A DNA stretch of 41,015 bases from IMG/VR virus record IMGVR_UViG_2537561977_000014. One strand, 5' to 3'. The notes beneath the pieces were generated by a model. The model had not been told where the DNA came from. It was given only the letters and a program-made list of their open reading frames with translations, and made no database searches. Positions 29,479 to 39,477 of this stretch are shown here, in pieces. Position numbers and translations under genes: made by a program. The DNA comes from a virus. Taxonomy: Duplodnaviria; Heunggongvirae; Uroviricota; Caudoviricetes. How positions within the stretch are numbered: position 1 is the stretch's first letter; every line of letters begins with the position of its first letter.

Positions 29479-29655
29479 CCTTCAATAGCCTGCCGGGTGG
29501 TGAAGATTTTATTCTTCGTCCGGCGCTTGCCTTCCATATTGACCAGAAAGATCTTAACAGTGGTGCGGTAGATCTCTGTCGCATCGCGCTTCTTAATGAC
29601 TACCTTGATATGTGCGAGGACAACGATGTCCGGGTAGAAAAATGGAGAGAGGATA

Positions 29656-31608
29656 ATGAACGCCGAGACTATTAAAGATTTCCTCGTCTCGCTTGGCTTC
29701 AGTGTGGATGATGCAGGAGCGAAAAAGTTCGGTTCTGTCCTCGCCGGTACAACTGCAAATGTCATCAAAATGGGGCTGGCTGTTGAAGGAGCTGCGCTGT
29801 CCGTGGTGGCCTTCACGGCTAAGATCGCCTCCGGTCTGGATAATCTTTACTGGGCGTCACAGCGCACCGGCGCGACAGTCCAGGGAATTCAGTCTATTGG
29901 CTATGCGGTTTCGCAGGTTGGCGGCAGCGTGGACGCTGCGCGATCTTCTCTGGAAAGCCTCTCCCGGTTTATTCGTAACAATCCCGGTGCAGAAGGCTTT
30001 CTGAATCGCCTGGGCGTACAGACCCGTGATGCCAGCGGTAACATGCGTGACATGGCCGCTATTTTTACTGGTGTAGGCCAGAAGCTCAGCGGTATGCCGT
30101 ATTACCGGGCTAACCAGTATGCGCAGATGCTGGGCATTGACGAAAATACCCTTATGGCTATGCGTCGCGGAGTGGGGCAGTTCAGCGCTCAGTATTCAGA
30201 AATGGTGAAAGCGATCGGATTTAATGCCGATCAGGCTGCCTTATCGTCAAACCGGTTTATGACCTCGCTGAAATCGCTCGGTGAAATGGCCGGGATGGCG
30301 CGGGACAAAATCGGATCGAATCTTGCGGACGGACTGGCGGGGCAGATTGATAACCTGCGCAAAAAGATAATTGAAAATTTTCCCAAAATTGAAGTCACCA
30401 TCACAAAGGTCATAAAGGGGATCCTCTGGCTGGGTGAGATAGTCGGGCGGGGTGCATTCCGGATAGTCGATGGTGTCGGAGATATCATCGAGTGGTGGGG
30501 GAAACTGGATGCCGAAACGAAAACCCTGATAGAGGTTATCGGCGGTCTGGTTGTCGCCATGCGGATACTTAACTCTACTTTCTGGATGTCACCTATAGGG
30601 CTGATTACCGGTCTGATCGTGGCTCTCGGTCTCTTGTGGGAAGACTACAAAACATGGAAAGAAGGCGGTAACAGTCTTATCGACTGGGAAAAATGGCAAC
30701 CAGCAATAGATAAAGCGAAGGATGCGATCACCTAGCTTCGTGATCACCTTCTGGAACTAAAAGATGGTGTTGGCGGCTGGCAAAATGCACTGGAAATCCT
30801 CGGTACATTCATCGCGGGTGTCTGGGTATCCAAGGTTCTGGGGGCTTTCGGGAAAATATCAGGTTTGCTGGTCCCGCCGTGGTTAAAAGGCTGGATGGCT
30901 TATGCTGCGTATTTGTACTCTGATCGCGAAAATATTGGTGCCAGTGCGAAGTCATCCTGGGATTACACGAAACAAAATATTGGAGATTCATTGCGCTGGC
31001 TTGGCATTGATACCGATTTTGGTCGTAATCCTCATACCGTAAAAGGCGCAAATATTCAGTCAGATATTCCAGGTGCTGAGCCGGAACAACATGCGCAGTC
31101 TACGAAGCGTACTTTAGCCGATCGGAATAACAATCCAGGGAATATTCGCCCGGTGAGCGGTAAAGGGTTCCGGTTTTTCGAATCAGCTCTTGAGGGCTGG
31201 GAGGCGATGAAAAACCAGCTCATGCGTTACTTTACCGGGAAAACAACCGGACGGGCATTACAGACTATTCAGGATATTGTCAGTACCTGGGCCCCGGCAG
31301 GTGATAACAACGATCCGAAAAAGTATGCACAGGATGTTGCGAAATGGATGGGAGTATCACCGAATGCAATATTGAATCTTACAGATCCCCGGACTATGGG
31401 AGCATTGATGCAGTCGATGGCGCGCAAAGAAGGTTATTCAAACTGGAACAGCCCGCTGGCGTATCAGGCCGCCGCTGGCAACCTTAACCAGCAGACTGTT
31501 ATAAATGTTCATGGAGTTAACAACCCTCAGGAGGCGGCTAATCTGATCGCTGACAAGCAGGGGGCTGTAAATGCCAGGGCGGTACAGCAATTGAAAGGAC
31601 CTGCGTAA
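29656..31608 (+). pseudogene. Tail tape measure protein interrupted by an in-frame amber (TAG) codon at 30733-30735
   Basis: ORFs 29656-30735 and 30865-31608 are in the same frame, separated only by TAG; sense sequence resumes immediately (..DAIT*LRDHLLELKDGVGGWQNALEILG..) with no ATG/RBS for the distal part. Confidence 0.65.
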
Positions 31609-32258
31609 TGGACTTTTTATCTGTTTTACTGCAGCAGCGAACCCGCTCAATAGGAATCATTATTCCTGATGTGGTTATTACCGAAAAGCACACTGACGCC
31701 TTGGAAATTACGGAACATCCGGTTGAACAGCCCACGAATGCTGGTGCCAGTGGTGAGGGCGCTGGTTACATATCAGAACACGCATTCAGGCGCCCTTCTG
31801 AGGTTGTGATGGAAACCGGTTTTTCCGGAGGCGGATCGCTGCTTGATTTTGCCAGTAACCTGACTGCTACCAGTTTACTGGGGCTGAGCCCGAAAGAACT
31901 GTATCAGGAACTGCTTAACCTGCAGCGGAATCGTATTCCTTTCGATGTGACAACCGGCAAGCGTATTTACAACAATATGTTGATAAAAACGCTGGAGGTC
32001 ACGACCGATAAGAGTAGTGAAAATGTGCTTCTGGCGACACTTACCCTCAGGGAAGTAATTATTACCTCCACGCAGTCAGTCAGGGTTGCCCCGAAAAACA
32101 ATATGACCGAGGGAGTCGGAACGTCTGCTGTGCAGAATACAGGCACCAAAACAACGGTGCCGCCGAATAATTCCATTCTGAAATCGCTGCCACAGATGGC
32201 GCAAGAAGGTATCTCCACTGTTGATGGGTATTTGAGCAATTTATTTCTGGGAAGGTGA
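31608..32258 (+). CDS. Tail/baseplate protein (putative)
   Basis: ORF overlapping the tape-measure stop. Confidence 0.45.
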   Translation: MDFLSVLLQQRTRSIGIIIPDVVITEKHTDALEITEHPVEQPTNAGASGEGAGYISEHAFRRPSEVVMETGFSGGGSLLDFASNLTATSLLGLSPKELYQELLNLQRNRIPFDVTTGKRIYNNMLIKTLEVTTDKSSENVLLATLTLREVIITSTQSVRVAPKNNMTEGVGTSAVQNTGTKTTVPPNNSILKSLPQMAQEGISTVDGYLSNLFLGR

Positions 32259-32261
32259 TTC

Positions 32262-32564
32262 ATGAAAGCCGTAGAAATCCCACTGGTTGCTGACAATCAG
32301 ACTTTTGCCACCACAATTAACGGTTCGGTTTATCACCTGTCTGTCATCTGGCGAGGCGAGTGCTGGGTTCTGGATCTTGCTGACAGCAATGGCTCCGCCA
32401 TTATATCAGGTATACCGATGATTACGGGGGCTGACCTGCTGGCACAGTATCGATATATGGATCTGGGTTTTTCTCTGGTGGTGCTCTGCGACGTGGCAGG
32501 GCAGGAGAATCCGACGCAATTCGATCTTGGAACGCTCTCACACCTCTATGTTTTCACGGAGTAA
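32262..32564 (+). CDS. Small tail/baseplate-associated protein (putative)
   Basis: 100 aa ORF in the tail module. Confidence 0.4.
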   Translation: MKAVEIPLVADNQTFATTINGSVYHLSVIWRGECWVLDLADSNGSAIISGIPMITGADLLAQYRYMDLGFSLVVLCDVAGQENPTQFDLGTLSHLYVFTE

Positions 32565-32566
32565 CA

Positions 32567-33607
32567 ATGTCGAAAAACTGGATGCGTCACTTTGAATTAT
32601 TGCTTGTTGATGATAAGGGCGACGGGATAAAAATTTCTGAGCTTAAAGTCACTTTCAATATTCAGAAAATGCCTGCGACCATATTTAATGGATTTGTTGG
32701 AAATTTTAAGGTTTATAACCTGTCTCCTACCACTCAGAACCGGATTATGCAGAAGGAGTTTTCGCGTATACAGGTTATTGCCGGATACAAGGGGCAACCG
32801 GATGCAGCAGGTAATTATCCTGATGAAAACGTTGGTATGATATTCAACGGAGATATCCGTTTTACTGTCACTGGTAAAGATAATGCCACAGACAGTTGGA
32901 TCATGTTGCAGTGTATTGACAGCTGGGAAGGCCACCTGAACGCAAGTGTGAAAACCACAGTGGCTGCTGGCTGGAAGTACAGCGATCTTTTCAGTCTGGG
33001 TATGAAATCATTCGAACCATATGGCATCGAATCCGGTGCAGTTCCTGACATGCCTGAAACGGTATTTCCCCGAGGTCGCGTTGTTTATCAAAACACATCA
33101 AGGTTGATGAATCATATCGCAGGGCAGTGTAAAGCTAACTGGTGGTATGAAAATAATCTGGTAAATATTGTTCCTGAAGATAAATATATTGGTGTTGCTA
33201 CGGTGTTGAATGCTAACACCGGGCTTATCAGTATGCCACAGCAGACGATGGGAGCTGGCGTAAATGTCAGATGTCTGATTAATCCAAATATTAAGCTCGG
33301 TGGGCTTATTCGTCTGGATCAGGCATCTGTATACCGTGCCTCTTTGAGTAATGACCAGGTGGCGAAATCGCCAGCACGACTGGATGAGTCTGAAAGCGAC
33401 GGTAATCTCTACGTTAACGGTCTGCCAGGCATGTCACAGCCTGCCAGCATTAATACTGACGGTGATTACATTGTGGGCAGCATTGATTATACTGGCGACA
33501 CCCGAGGGCAGGCGTGGTATATGGACCTGCTTTGCCTGGCTAAAGGGAGTAAAAGTTTACTCACTCCTGATACGATAGCGAAAATAAGTGGGGTACCAAA
33601 TGCTTAA
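32567..33607 (+). CDS. Baseplate protein (putative)
   Basis: 346 aa ORF; last structural gene before AT-rich cargo and IS1. Confidence 0.5.
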   Translation: MSKNWMRHFELLLVDDKGDGIKISELKVTFNIQKMPATIFNGFVGNFKVYNLSPTTQNRIMQKEFSRIQVIAGYKGQPDAAGNYPDENVGMIFNGDIRFTVTGKDNATDSWIMLQCIDSWEGHLNASVKTTVAAGWKYSDLFSLGMKSFEPYGIESGAVPDMPETVFPRGRVVYQNTSRLMNHIAGQCKANWWYENNLVNIVPEDKYIGVATVLNANTGLISMPQQTMGAGVNVRCLINPNIKLGGLIRLDQASVYRASLSNDQVAKSPARLDESESDGNLYVNGLPGMSQPASINTDGDYIVGSIDYTGDTRGQAWYMDLLCLAKGSKSLLTPDTIAKISGVPNA

Positions 33608-33842
33608 ATGGATCTTATTACTGGTATATTTTGTGACTTTGTCTTCTGTGGCTGCGGTAACATGCACCACTTCAAATACAGGAACAACTTACTGTACTGG
33701 TACAGACAGTAGTGGTTCTACAGTTAAAACAGAATCTTATACAACCAATACAGGTACTACGTATACCACAGGAACGATTAATGGGAGTGCAGTACATCGT
33801 GAATGCCAGGCGACCAATACTGGCACAACGTACTGTAATTAA
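33600..33842 (+). CDS. Small secreted Cys-containing protein with NTGTTY(C/T)TGT tandem repeats
   Basis: Signal peptide MLKWILLLVYFVTLSSVAA; mature part has three NTGTTY repeats and four Cys; AT-rich. Confidence 0.5.
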   Translation: MLKWILLLVYFVTLSSVAAVTCTTSNTGTTYCTGTDSSGSTVKTESYTTNTGTTYTTGTINGSAVHRECQATNTGTTYCN

Positions 33843-33877
33843 TTTTTTTAAGAAATCAGCTATAAGAGACATTTGTA

Positions 33878-34219
33878 ATGAAGAAAATATTCCTTCTCGC
33901 AGTGTTGACTCCAACAATTTGTGTAGGTGGAACGCTGAATGATTTTTTTGGACTGCACACCTCACTGGCTGATAACTACATCATCAAGAGAGAGATCACA
34001 AATAGGGCTGTTTCTAATGCGGCTATGGACGCTGTATCTAATGGTCGTGAGGCGGATTTTGGTGATGAGTTAATGAAAGAACATGGTGATAGTTATGGTG
34101 AAATAGCTCTGCGTCAACTCGCTTTCGAGTGCGGTTATTCTTTTTCCGATAGTGGCCAATCTCTTACGATTCTAAAAAAAGAAGAATGTAGATTGGTGCT
34201 ATCTGAAAATAAGAAATGA
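33878..34219 (+). CDS. Small secreted protein of unknown function
   Basis: N-terminal signal peptide MKKIFLLAVLTPTICVGG; AT-rich; followed by a terminator. Confidence 0.5.
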   Translation: MKKIFLLAVLTPTICVGGTLNDFFGLHTSLADNYIIKREITNRAVSNAAMDAVSNGREADFGDELMKEHGDSYGEIALRQLAFECGYSFSDSGQSLTILKKEECRLVLSENKK

Positions 34220-34282
34220 GTTCGCTAAATTAACTTTTCACGGTAATTGCTTCTATCACCATGGAAAGAAAACTAGCTACAT

Positions 34283-34308
34283 AAAACCCGCCTTCGAGTG
34301 GGTTTTTT
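34283..34308 (+). terminator. Rho-independent terminator after the secreted-protein genes
   Basis: AAAACCC-(10 nt loop)-GGGTTTT followed by TT. Confidence 0.45.
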
Positions 34309-34383
34309 GCTTTCTGGAGGCATATGAAGGTAATGCTGCCAACTTACTGATTTAGTGTATGATGGTGATTTTAAGGTGCTTGC

Positions 34384-34683
34384 GTGGCTTCCATTTCCAT
34401 CAGATGTCCTTCCTGCTCCGCTACTGAAGGCGTGGTGCGTAACGGCAAAAGCACTGCCGGACATCAGCGCTATCTCTGCTCTCATTGCCGTAAAACATGG
34501 CAACTACAGTTCACTTACACCGCCTCTCAGCCCGGTACGCACCAGAAAATCATTGATATGGCCATGAATGGCGTCGGATGTCGCGCCAGTGCACGCATTA
34601 TGGGCGTTGGCCTCAACACGGTTTTACGTCACTTAAAAACTCAGGCCGCAGTCGGTAACCTCGCGCATACAACCGGGCAGTGA
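34384..34683 (+). CDS. insA: IS1 InsA (zinc-finger DNA-binding protein); variant 3' end because the frameshift-window A-run is A5
   Basis: [85 protein letters not shown].. matches IS1 InsA; A-run at 34635-34639 has five A. Confidence 0.85.
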   Translation: MASISIRCPSCSATEGVVRNGKSTAGHQRYLCSHCRKTWQLQFTYTASQPGTHQKIIDMAMNGVGCRASARIMGVGLNTVLRHLKTQAAVGNLAHTTGQ

Positions 34684-34684
34684 T

Positions 34685-35080
34685 GTGATTGTCTGCGCTG
34701 AAATGGACGAACAGTGGGGCTACGTCGGTGCTAAATCACGTCAGCGCTGGCTGTTTTACGCGTATGACAGGATACGGAGGACGGTTGTGGCGCACGTCTT
34801 CGGTGAACGCACTCTGGCCACACTGGAGCGTCTTCTGAGCCTGCTGTCGGCCTTTGAGGTCGTGGTATGGATGACGGATGGCTGGCCGCTGTATGAATCA
34901 CGCCTGAAGGGAAAGCTGCACGTTATCAGCAAGCGTTACACTCAGCGCATTGAGCGACATAATCTGAATCTGAGACAACATCTGGCAAGGCTGGGACGGA
35001 AGTCACTGTCGTTCTCAAAATCGGTGGAGCTGCATGACAAGGTCATCGGGCATTATCTGAACATAAAACACTATCAGTAA
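34685..35080 (+). CDS. insB: IS1 InsB (transposase catalytic part)
   Basis: Translation matches IS1 InsB; identical to the partial copy at the window start. Confidence 0.85.
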   Translation: MIVCAEMDEQWGYVGAKSRQRWLFYAYDRIRRTVVAHVFGERTLATLERLLSLLSAFEVVVWMTDGWPLYESRLKGKLHVISKRYTQRIERHNLNLRQHLARLGRKSLSFSKSVELHDKVIGHYLNIKHYQ

Positions 35081-35096
35081 GTTGGAGTCATTACCG

Positions 35097-35582
35097 ACAA
35101 AACGATATTCGGTCACCTGGCTTTTTTCGGAAGACGACAAAAACTGGTATGAAGAACTGAAGAATTTCGCCAGCGACACAATAAAAATAGCTTACACCGG
35201 AGACGGTCGTGTGGTGTGGGTCGGTAAGGATGTGACAGGCATCGAGCCACGCAATGCCAGTGTTATTGAAGTTCCTGATATTACCGCTAACCGACGGATT
35301 ACCGCGCCGGGTTACTGGTTTTACCGCAATGATGAATTTGTCTTTGACTACAGACTCAAAGCGGAAGATGAGCGTGATGCCCTTCTGGCTCAGGTCAGTG
35401 CCCGGACAGGGGAATGGGAAGAAGACCTGCTGCTGGGGTTAATCAGCGACGAAGATAAAGAAAAGCTGAAAGCCTGTCGTATTTACGCGAAATCACTGCA
35501 GGCGATGGATTTCAGCGCCATCACTGATAAATCCTCATACAACGCCATTGAATGGCCCGTCTCTCCGGAAGGTTCTTCCTGA
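35097..35582 (+). pseudogene. tfa: Tail fiber assembly protein (Tfa) lacking its 5' end; reading frame begins at the IS1 boundary
   Basis: ..WLFSEDDKNWYEELKNFASDTIKIAY..VIEVPDITANRR..IEWPVSP resembles Tfa proteins; no native start codon. Confidence 0.6.
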
Positions 35583-35605
35583 TTTAATTTATCGCGAGAA
35601 AAACA

Positions 35606-36874
35606 ATGTCTGTAGTGATATCAGGTGCGCTGACTGATGGCGCAGGTATCCCCATGTCCGGATACCATATTATTCTGAAATCCCGGGTAAACACCCCGGA
35701 AGTGGTTATGCACACTGTTGCTGATGTGATGACAGGAAACGATGGTGAATACTGTTTCCATGCGCGGACTGGAAAATATGGTGTGTATCTGAAACAGGAC
35801 TGGCGCAACGAGTACAACGTTGGCGACATTGCTGTATATGAGGACTCAAAGCCCGGCACGCTGAATGACTTTCTGATTGCTCCTGATGAGGGCGACCTGA
35901 AACCGGATGTCGTCAAACGCTTTGAGGAAATGGTGGCGCAGGCGCAGCAGAGCGCCGGGGCCGCAGCCGGAAACGCACAGCAGACGGCGCAGGATGTGGC
36001 GGCAGCCGCAGGTTATGCCCGCGCAGCAGAACAGGCCAAAAATGACATTGATGCTGCGCTGACCGGCACTCTGAAAACGGCTAACCATCTGTCTGAAATC
36101 GCAGCAGCAGGCGAAAAGGCACAACAGAAGTCCCGGGATAATCTGGGGCTGAAAAGTGCAGCCACGATGGAAGCACAGAGCGACATTTACGACCGGACAA
36201 AAGGCCGTCTGGCGATACCCGGCGCATTCGGCTTTGGGCGTGCTTTTCTGCCTGAAGATGTTATCCGTTTTGACACTAAGAGTGATTTCCTGGCCTGGGT
36301 AAGGAATGCGCTGCCAGGTGAATATTCCGTTGCTGGCCCCTACGACATCATCATACCCGACACACGGTTTGAAGGGGTGCTCAGCATCCGGTGGACTGAT
36401 GCACGCCCTGAGACAACAGAACCGAGGTACAGAGCCAAATCCCTTACTTTTTACGGCATTAACGGCCCCATTTATCACACCCGCTACTGCTACTGGCCCA
36501 TATCCAGACTGACTGGCTGGGTGAAAATAAATATAACCACAGAAGATATTATTTACAGAATCGTGGCGAGCTCTGTCCGCAACAGATGGGGAGACCCTGA
36601 CATTGGCGGGCTGATTATTGCTGCGTACCAGGGAGAAGCTGACGGTGATAAAGTCATCAGACTTGTCAGGGGGCAGTCATACAGAGGCTCACGACTGGGA
36701 CCGGTGGGGATTTCAGTGCCCAGTACTCCCACCGGAACGTATATAGCATCCCCACAATTTTTCATTACGGGATGTTCAGAGCATTCATTACCGGGGTCAT
36801 ATTGCGCCCTGTCCGGGGTGCCGGATGCACATGTCTCTGGCGCAATGCCCGGGCTTTTTATTCGCACATCGTGA
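35606..36874 (+). CDS. Side tail fiber protein (lambda Stf-like N-terminal domain)
   Basis: N-terminus MSVVISGALTDGAGIPMSGYHIILKSRVNTPEVV..YGVYLKQDW..VYEDSKPGTLNDFL resembles the prophage tail-fibre N-terminal domain of lambda Stf. Confidence 0.8.
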   Translation: MSVVISGALTDGAGIPMSGYHIILKSRVNTPEVVMHTVADVMTGNDGEYCFHARTGKYGVYLKQDWRNEYNVGDIAVYEDSKPGTLNDFLIAPDEGDLKPDVVKRFEEMVAQAQQSAGAAAGNAQQTAQDVAAAAGYARAAEQAKNDIDAALTGTLKTANHLSEIAAAGEKAQQKSRDNLGLKSAATMEAQSDIYDRTKGRLAIPGAFGFGRAFLPEDVIRFDTKSDFLAWVRNALPGEYSVAGPYDIIIPDTRFEGVLSIRWTDARPETTEPRYRAKSLTFYGINGPIYHTRYCYWPISRLTGWVKINITTEDIIYRIVASSVRNRWGDPDIGGLIIAAYQGEADGDKVIRLVRGQSYRGSRLGPVGISVPSTPTGTYIASPQFFITGCSEHSLPGSYCALSGVPDAHVSGAMPGLFIRTS

Positions 36875-36884
36875 GGAATGCACC

Positions 36885-37447
36885 GTGGAAATTAAAAAAA
36901 TCATTAATCCCCGTTATACCGAAAGTGGCGCAGTAGACTGTGACGTTTTTTTGACGACAGGGACCAGGCAGTCCCCTACACAGCCACCGCTGATGATGTC
37001 GCTCCGACGGGTCAGCAAATCTGGCAGGAACTGCAAAGCGGCAAATGGGGTGAGATAGCCCCATTCACTGTGACACCAGAAATGCTGGAAGCGGCCAGAG
37101 AGGCCAGACGTCAGGAAATTGAAGCATGGCGCGCAGAACAGGAGGCGAAGCCGTTCACGTTTGAATGGAACGGTCGTATCTGGAATGCTGGTCCCGACTC
37201 ACTGGGCCGCCTGTCCCCGGTAGTCATGCTGGCAAAATCTGTCACAGCACAAACACATATGGCGTGGAGCGATGCCGATAATCAGCAGGTGAAACTGTCG
37301 ATGCCGGAACTGGAAGAACTGGCGGCAGCAATGGTGCAGGCGCAGGTCGATCGCAACGATGAGATTTATCGCCGTCAGCGGGAGATGAAAGAGGAGCTGA
37401 GCAGTCTGGATGATTTGGCTTCAATTCGGGCGTTTGACGTTAAGTAA
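36885..37447 (+). pseudogene. tfa: Tail fiber assembly protein (Tfa) with a frameshift in a T7 homopolymer (36946-36952)
   Basis: GTG 36885 after GAGGAA gives VEIKKIINPRYTESGAVDCDVF then shifts; family sequence continues in frame of ORF 37070-37447 (..YTATADDVAPTGQQIWQELQSGKWGEIAPFTVTPEMLEA..); one extra T would join them. Confidence 0.65.
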
Positions 37448-37561
37448 TGAATAAGCCGCAACTGGCGGAATCACAGAAGACCGCTTTGCTTACCGAGGCG
37501 GAGTCTGTCATCCGGCCGCCGGGGCGTGCGGTCAGGCTGAACAGGGAAACGGATGAATCCG

Positions 37562-37590
37562 GGGAGGCCCGGGGGCGGGCCTCTGTTTTT
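37562..37590 (+). terminator. Rho-independent terminator downstream of the tail fiber/tfa operon
   Basis: GGAGGCCCGGGGGCGGGCCTC hairpin followed by TGTTTTT. Confidence 0.55.
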
Positions 37591-37626
37591 CCGGAGTCAG
37601 TCCGGTCTGTGGTTTATGCGATGTGA

Positions 37627-39342
37627 TTATGAATGGTGCAGTTGTGAGCCGTTTTCAGGCAATCGCAGGGCCAGTACCTCGTCAGTCAGCTGACGGTAAA
37701 TCTGCTGTTCAGTCTCACGCATCACCTGTGCACCGGCTTCCCTCTCCGCATCCGCATCACCGCTCAGACCTGATGCTTTCAGCCGGTCAGCCACCCTCTG
37801 AGGGTACTCATTCTCCAGCATCTCATATTTCTGCTCTTCTGCCAGCGCCCAGCGGTCAGCTTCCGTACGCTTCAGTACAGCATGCCATGGTCCCCAGAGG
37901 GAGAACCAGTCCGTAAATTCATTCTCTTCACGGCTTCTGACCATGGCTTCGGCAGTGCGGAGGTCATTTGCTGTCACTCCCGACACGCCATAGAAACGCA
38001 TTTCCTTCACGGCAGTGGAGAGCTGAAGTTTCTCTGCGAGCATGGTCTGGAAGGCCAGGTAGACTTCTATCTCATCCACAAAATGGAGAGTTCTGACTTT
38101 ATCCCGGGCAATGTCCTCCAGAATTTCGAGGCGGAACATTTCCCTGCCCAGGGAGAGCAGAGCGCCGGTATCATTATCGAAAAGGCCTTCTGATGCCTGA
38201 TGGACCAGGAGGGTTTTCCGGAGATTGTTCCATGTGAGCGCGACACGGTCCTCACAGCTCTCAGTGGCATCAGCAGCAACAGTGAAAGACTGCTGTCGAA
38301 GCTCCGCAGAGGCACTGAGTTTTTCCAGCCATGCAGCGACCTGTTCACGGAATCCGGAGGTATTGCGTGCAGAGACGGTATCGGAAAGGCGGTCAAGGAA
38401 CGCGGAAAAGGTGTTGGCATGCTCTTCATGTTCAAAAGCATGCCATATCTGTGATACATCAGATTGTTTGTTTTCCGGGAACCATGCTGTCACGGCATCA
38501 GCCAGGGGGCGATGGAGTGTATTCTGTTGTCCGTCACTCATGGAGAAGTAAATCCGTGGGCCGTGGTAGTCCGGTTGGGCGGTTTGTTGCGACAGAGACT
38601 CCCTGATCCGTGAGGACAGAGGATTGTCTTCGAGGATGATAGTGCAGGTCGGATCAAGGCTAAGTATATTTTCCGGAATGTGTGTGATGCGATTCTCGCG
38701 GCACCGGAAAAATATCTCGGTTTCCTCTGAGTGATGATTTCTTACAGGTACGGCTGGTAGGCTTTCCAGAAGATTAGTACTTACATCGAGCGCTTCCAGT
38801 GATTCAGGTAACTCAGGGAGAAATGTCAGCTGGTTATTTCTTACTGAGAGCACTTCCAGCGATGTAGGTAATTCAGGAAGCATGGTTAGCTGATTGTTAT
38901 CTGCATTAATATATTCCAGCAATGCAGGCAATTCAGGAAGCATGGTTAGTTGGTTGTTATCTACATCAAGATGTTTCAGAGATGCGGGTAATTCAGGAAG
39001 TGTTGACAGGTGATTGTCACAGGCGTCAAGGTATTCCAGCGATGCTGGCAATTCTGGTAATGATATTAGGGCATTCTGAGTAATTTCCAGAACAGTGATT
39101 TGAGGTGGTAAGTTGTCAGGTAGCGAGGACAGATTTAAACGATTCAGTTGAAGCTCACTGAACTGATTGATGAGACATTCTTTAAGTAGGGAGACCGCTT
39201 CATTCCGATTTTCACCGGGGAGCGCTTGTTTTTCCCATTTATCCCATGCTGAAAAGTAATCAGCATATGTACCGGAAATAGTGTTATAAAAAGAATTTTG
39301 GGACAATGAAAAGTTATTATTTATCGGTAACATGATGGACAT
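37627..39342 (-). CDS. ipaH: IpaH-family type III secretion effector, novel E3 ubiquitin ligase (N-terminal LRR domain, C-terminal NEL domain)
   Basis: 571 aa; N-terminus MSIMLPINNNFSLSQNSFYNTISGTYADYFSAWDKWEKQALPGENRNEAVSLLKECLINQFSELQLNRLNLSSLPDNLPPQITVLEIT; tandem 20-residue LxxLPxLPxxLxxLxxxxNx repeats; NEL signature ..AADATESCEDRVALTWNNL.. with catalytic Cys. Confidence 0.9.
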   Translation of the reverse strand: MSIMLPINNNFSLSQNSFYNTISGTYADYFSAWDKWEKQALPGENRNEAVSLLKECLINQFSELQLNRLNLSSLPDNLPPQITVLEITQNALISLPELPASLEYLDACDNHLSTLPELPASLKHLDVDNNQLTMLPELPALLEYINADNNQLTMLPELPTSLEVLSVRNNQLTFLPELPESLEALDVSTNLLESLPAVPVRNHHSEETEIFFRCRENRITHIPENILSLDPTCTIILEDNPLSSRIRESLSQQTAQPDYHGPRIYFSMSDGQQNTLHRPLADAVTAWFPENKQSDVSQIWHAFEHEEHANTFSAFLDRLSDTVSARNTSGFREQVAAWLEKLSASAELRQQSFTVAADATESCEDRVALTWNNLRKTLLVHQASEGLFDNDTGALLSLGREMFRLEILEDIARDKVRTLHFVDEIEVYLAFQTMLAEKLQLSTAVKEMRFYGVSGVTANDLRTAEAMVRSREENEFTDWFSLWGPWHAVLKRTEADRWALAEEQKYEMLENEYPQRVADRLKASGLSGDADAEREAGAQVMRETEQQIYRQLTDEVLALRLPENGSQLHHS

Positions 39343-39461
39343 TCAGTTAAAGCCGATGGACAAATGGCTTTGTTAAAAGAAATAAGTAGGAGTTTTTATG
39401 AAGTTCATTCCATGAAATGAACTTCAGCACTTTTTTATTATAAAAGGACAAACAAAATTGG

Positions 39462-39477
39462 CTGTAAAAAACGATAC
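39462..39477 (-). promoter_or_regulatory. MxiE-box-like motif with downstream TATAAT (39437-39442) in the ipaH promoter region
   Basis: Minus-strand GTATCGTTTTTTACAG versus remembered consensus GTATCGTTTTTTTANAG; ~120 nt upstream of the ipaH ATG; TATAAT ~20 nt downstream of the box. Confidence 0.55.

Larger units (their letters stand above)
34329..35096 (+). mobile_element. IS1-family insertion sequence, complete 768-bp copy (iso-IS1); no flanking target-site duplication
   Basis: Terminal inverted repeats GGTAATGCTGCCAACTTACTGAT.. and ..AGTTGGAGTCATTACC; insA and insB ORFs; 9-bp flanks GCATATGAA and GACAAAACG differ. Confidence 0.95.

Noticed and set aside
33588-33842. Possible CRISPR-like or DNA tandem repeat in the small secreted-protein gene
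   Set aside because: The periodicity is at protein level (NTGTTY motif) within an ORF with a signal peptide; no spacer/repeat architecture and no cas genes in the window.
35846-36478. 210-aa minus-strand ORF inside the side-tail-fiber gene
   Set aside because: Antisense to a gene with clear Stf N-terminal homology; GC-rich shadow frame.
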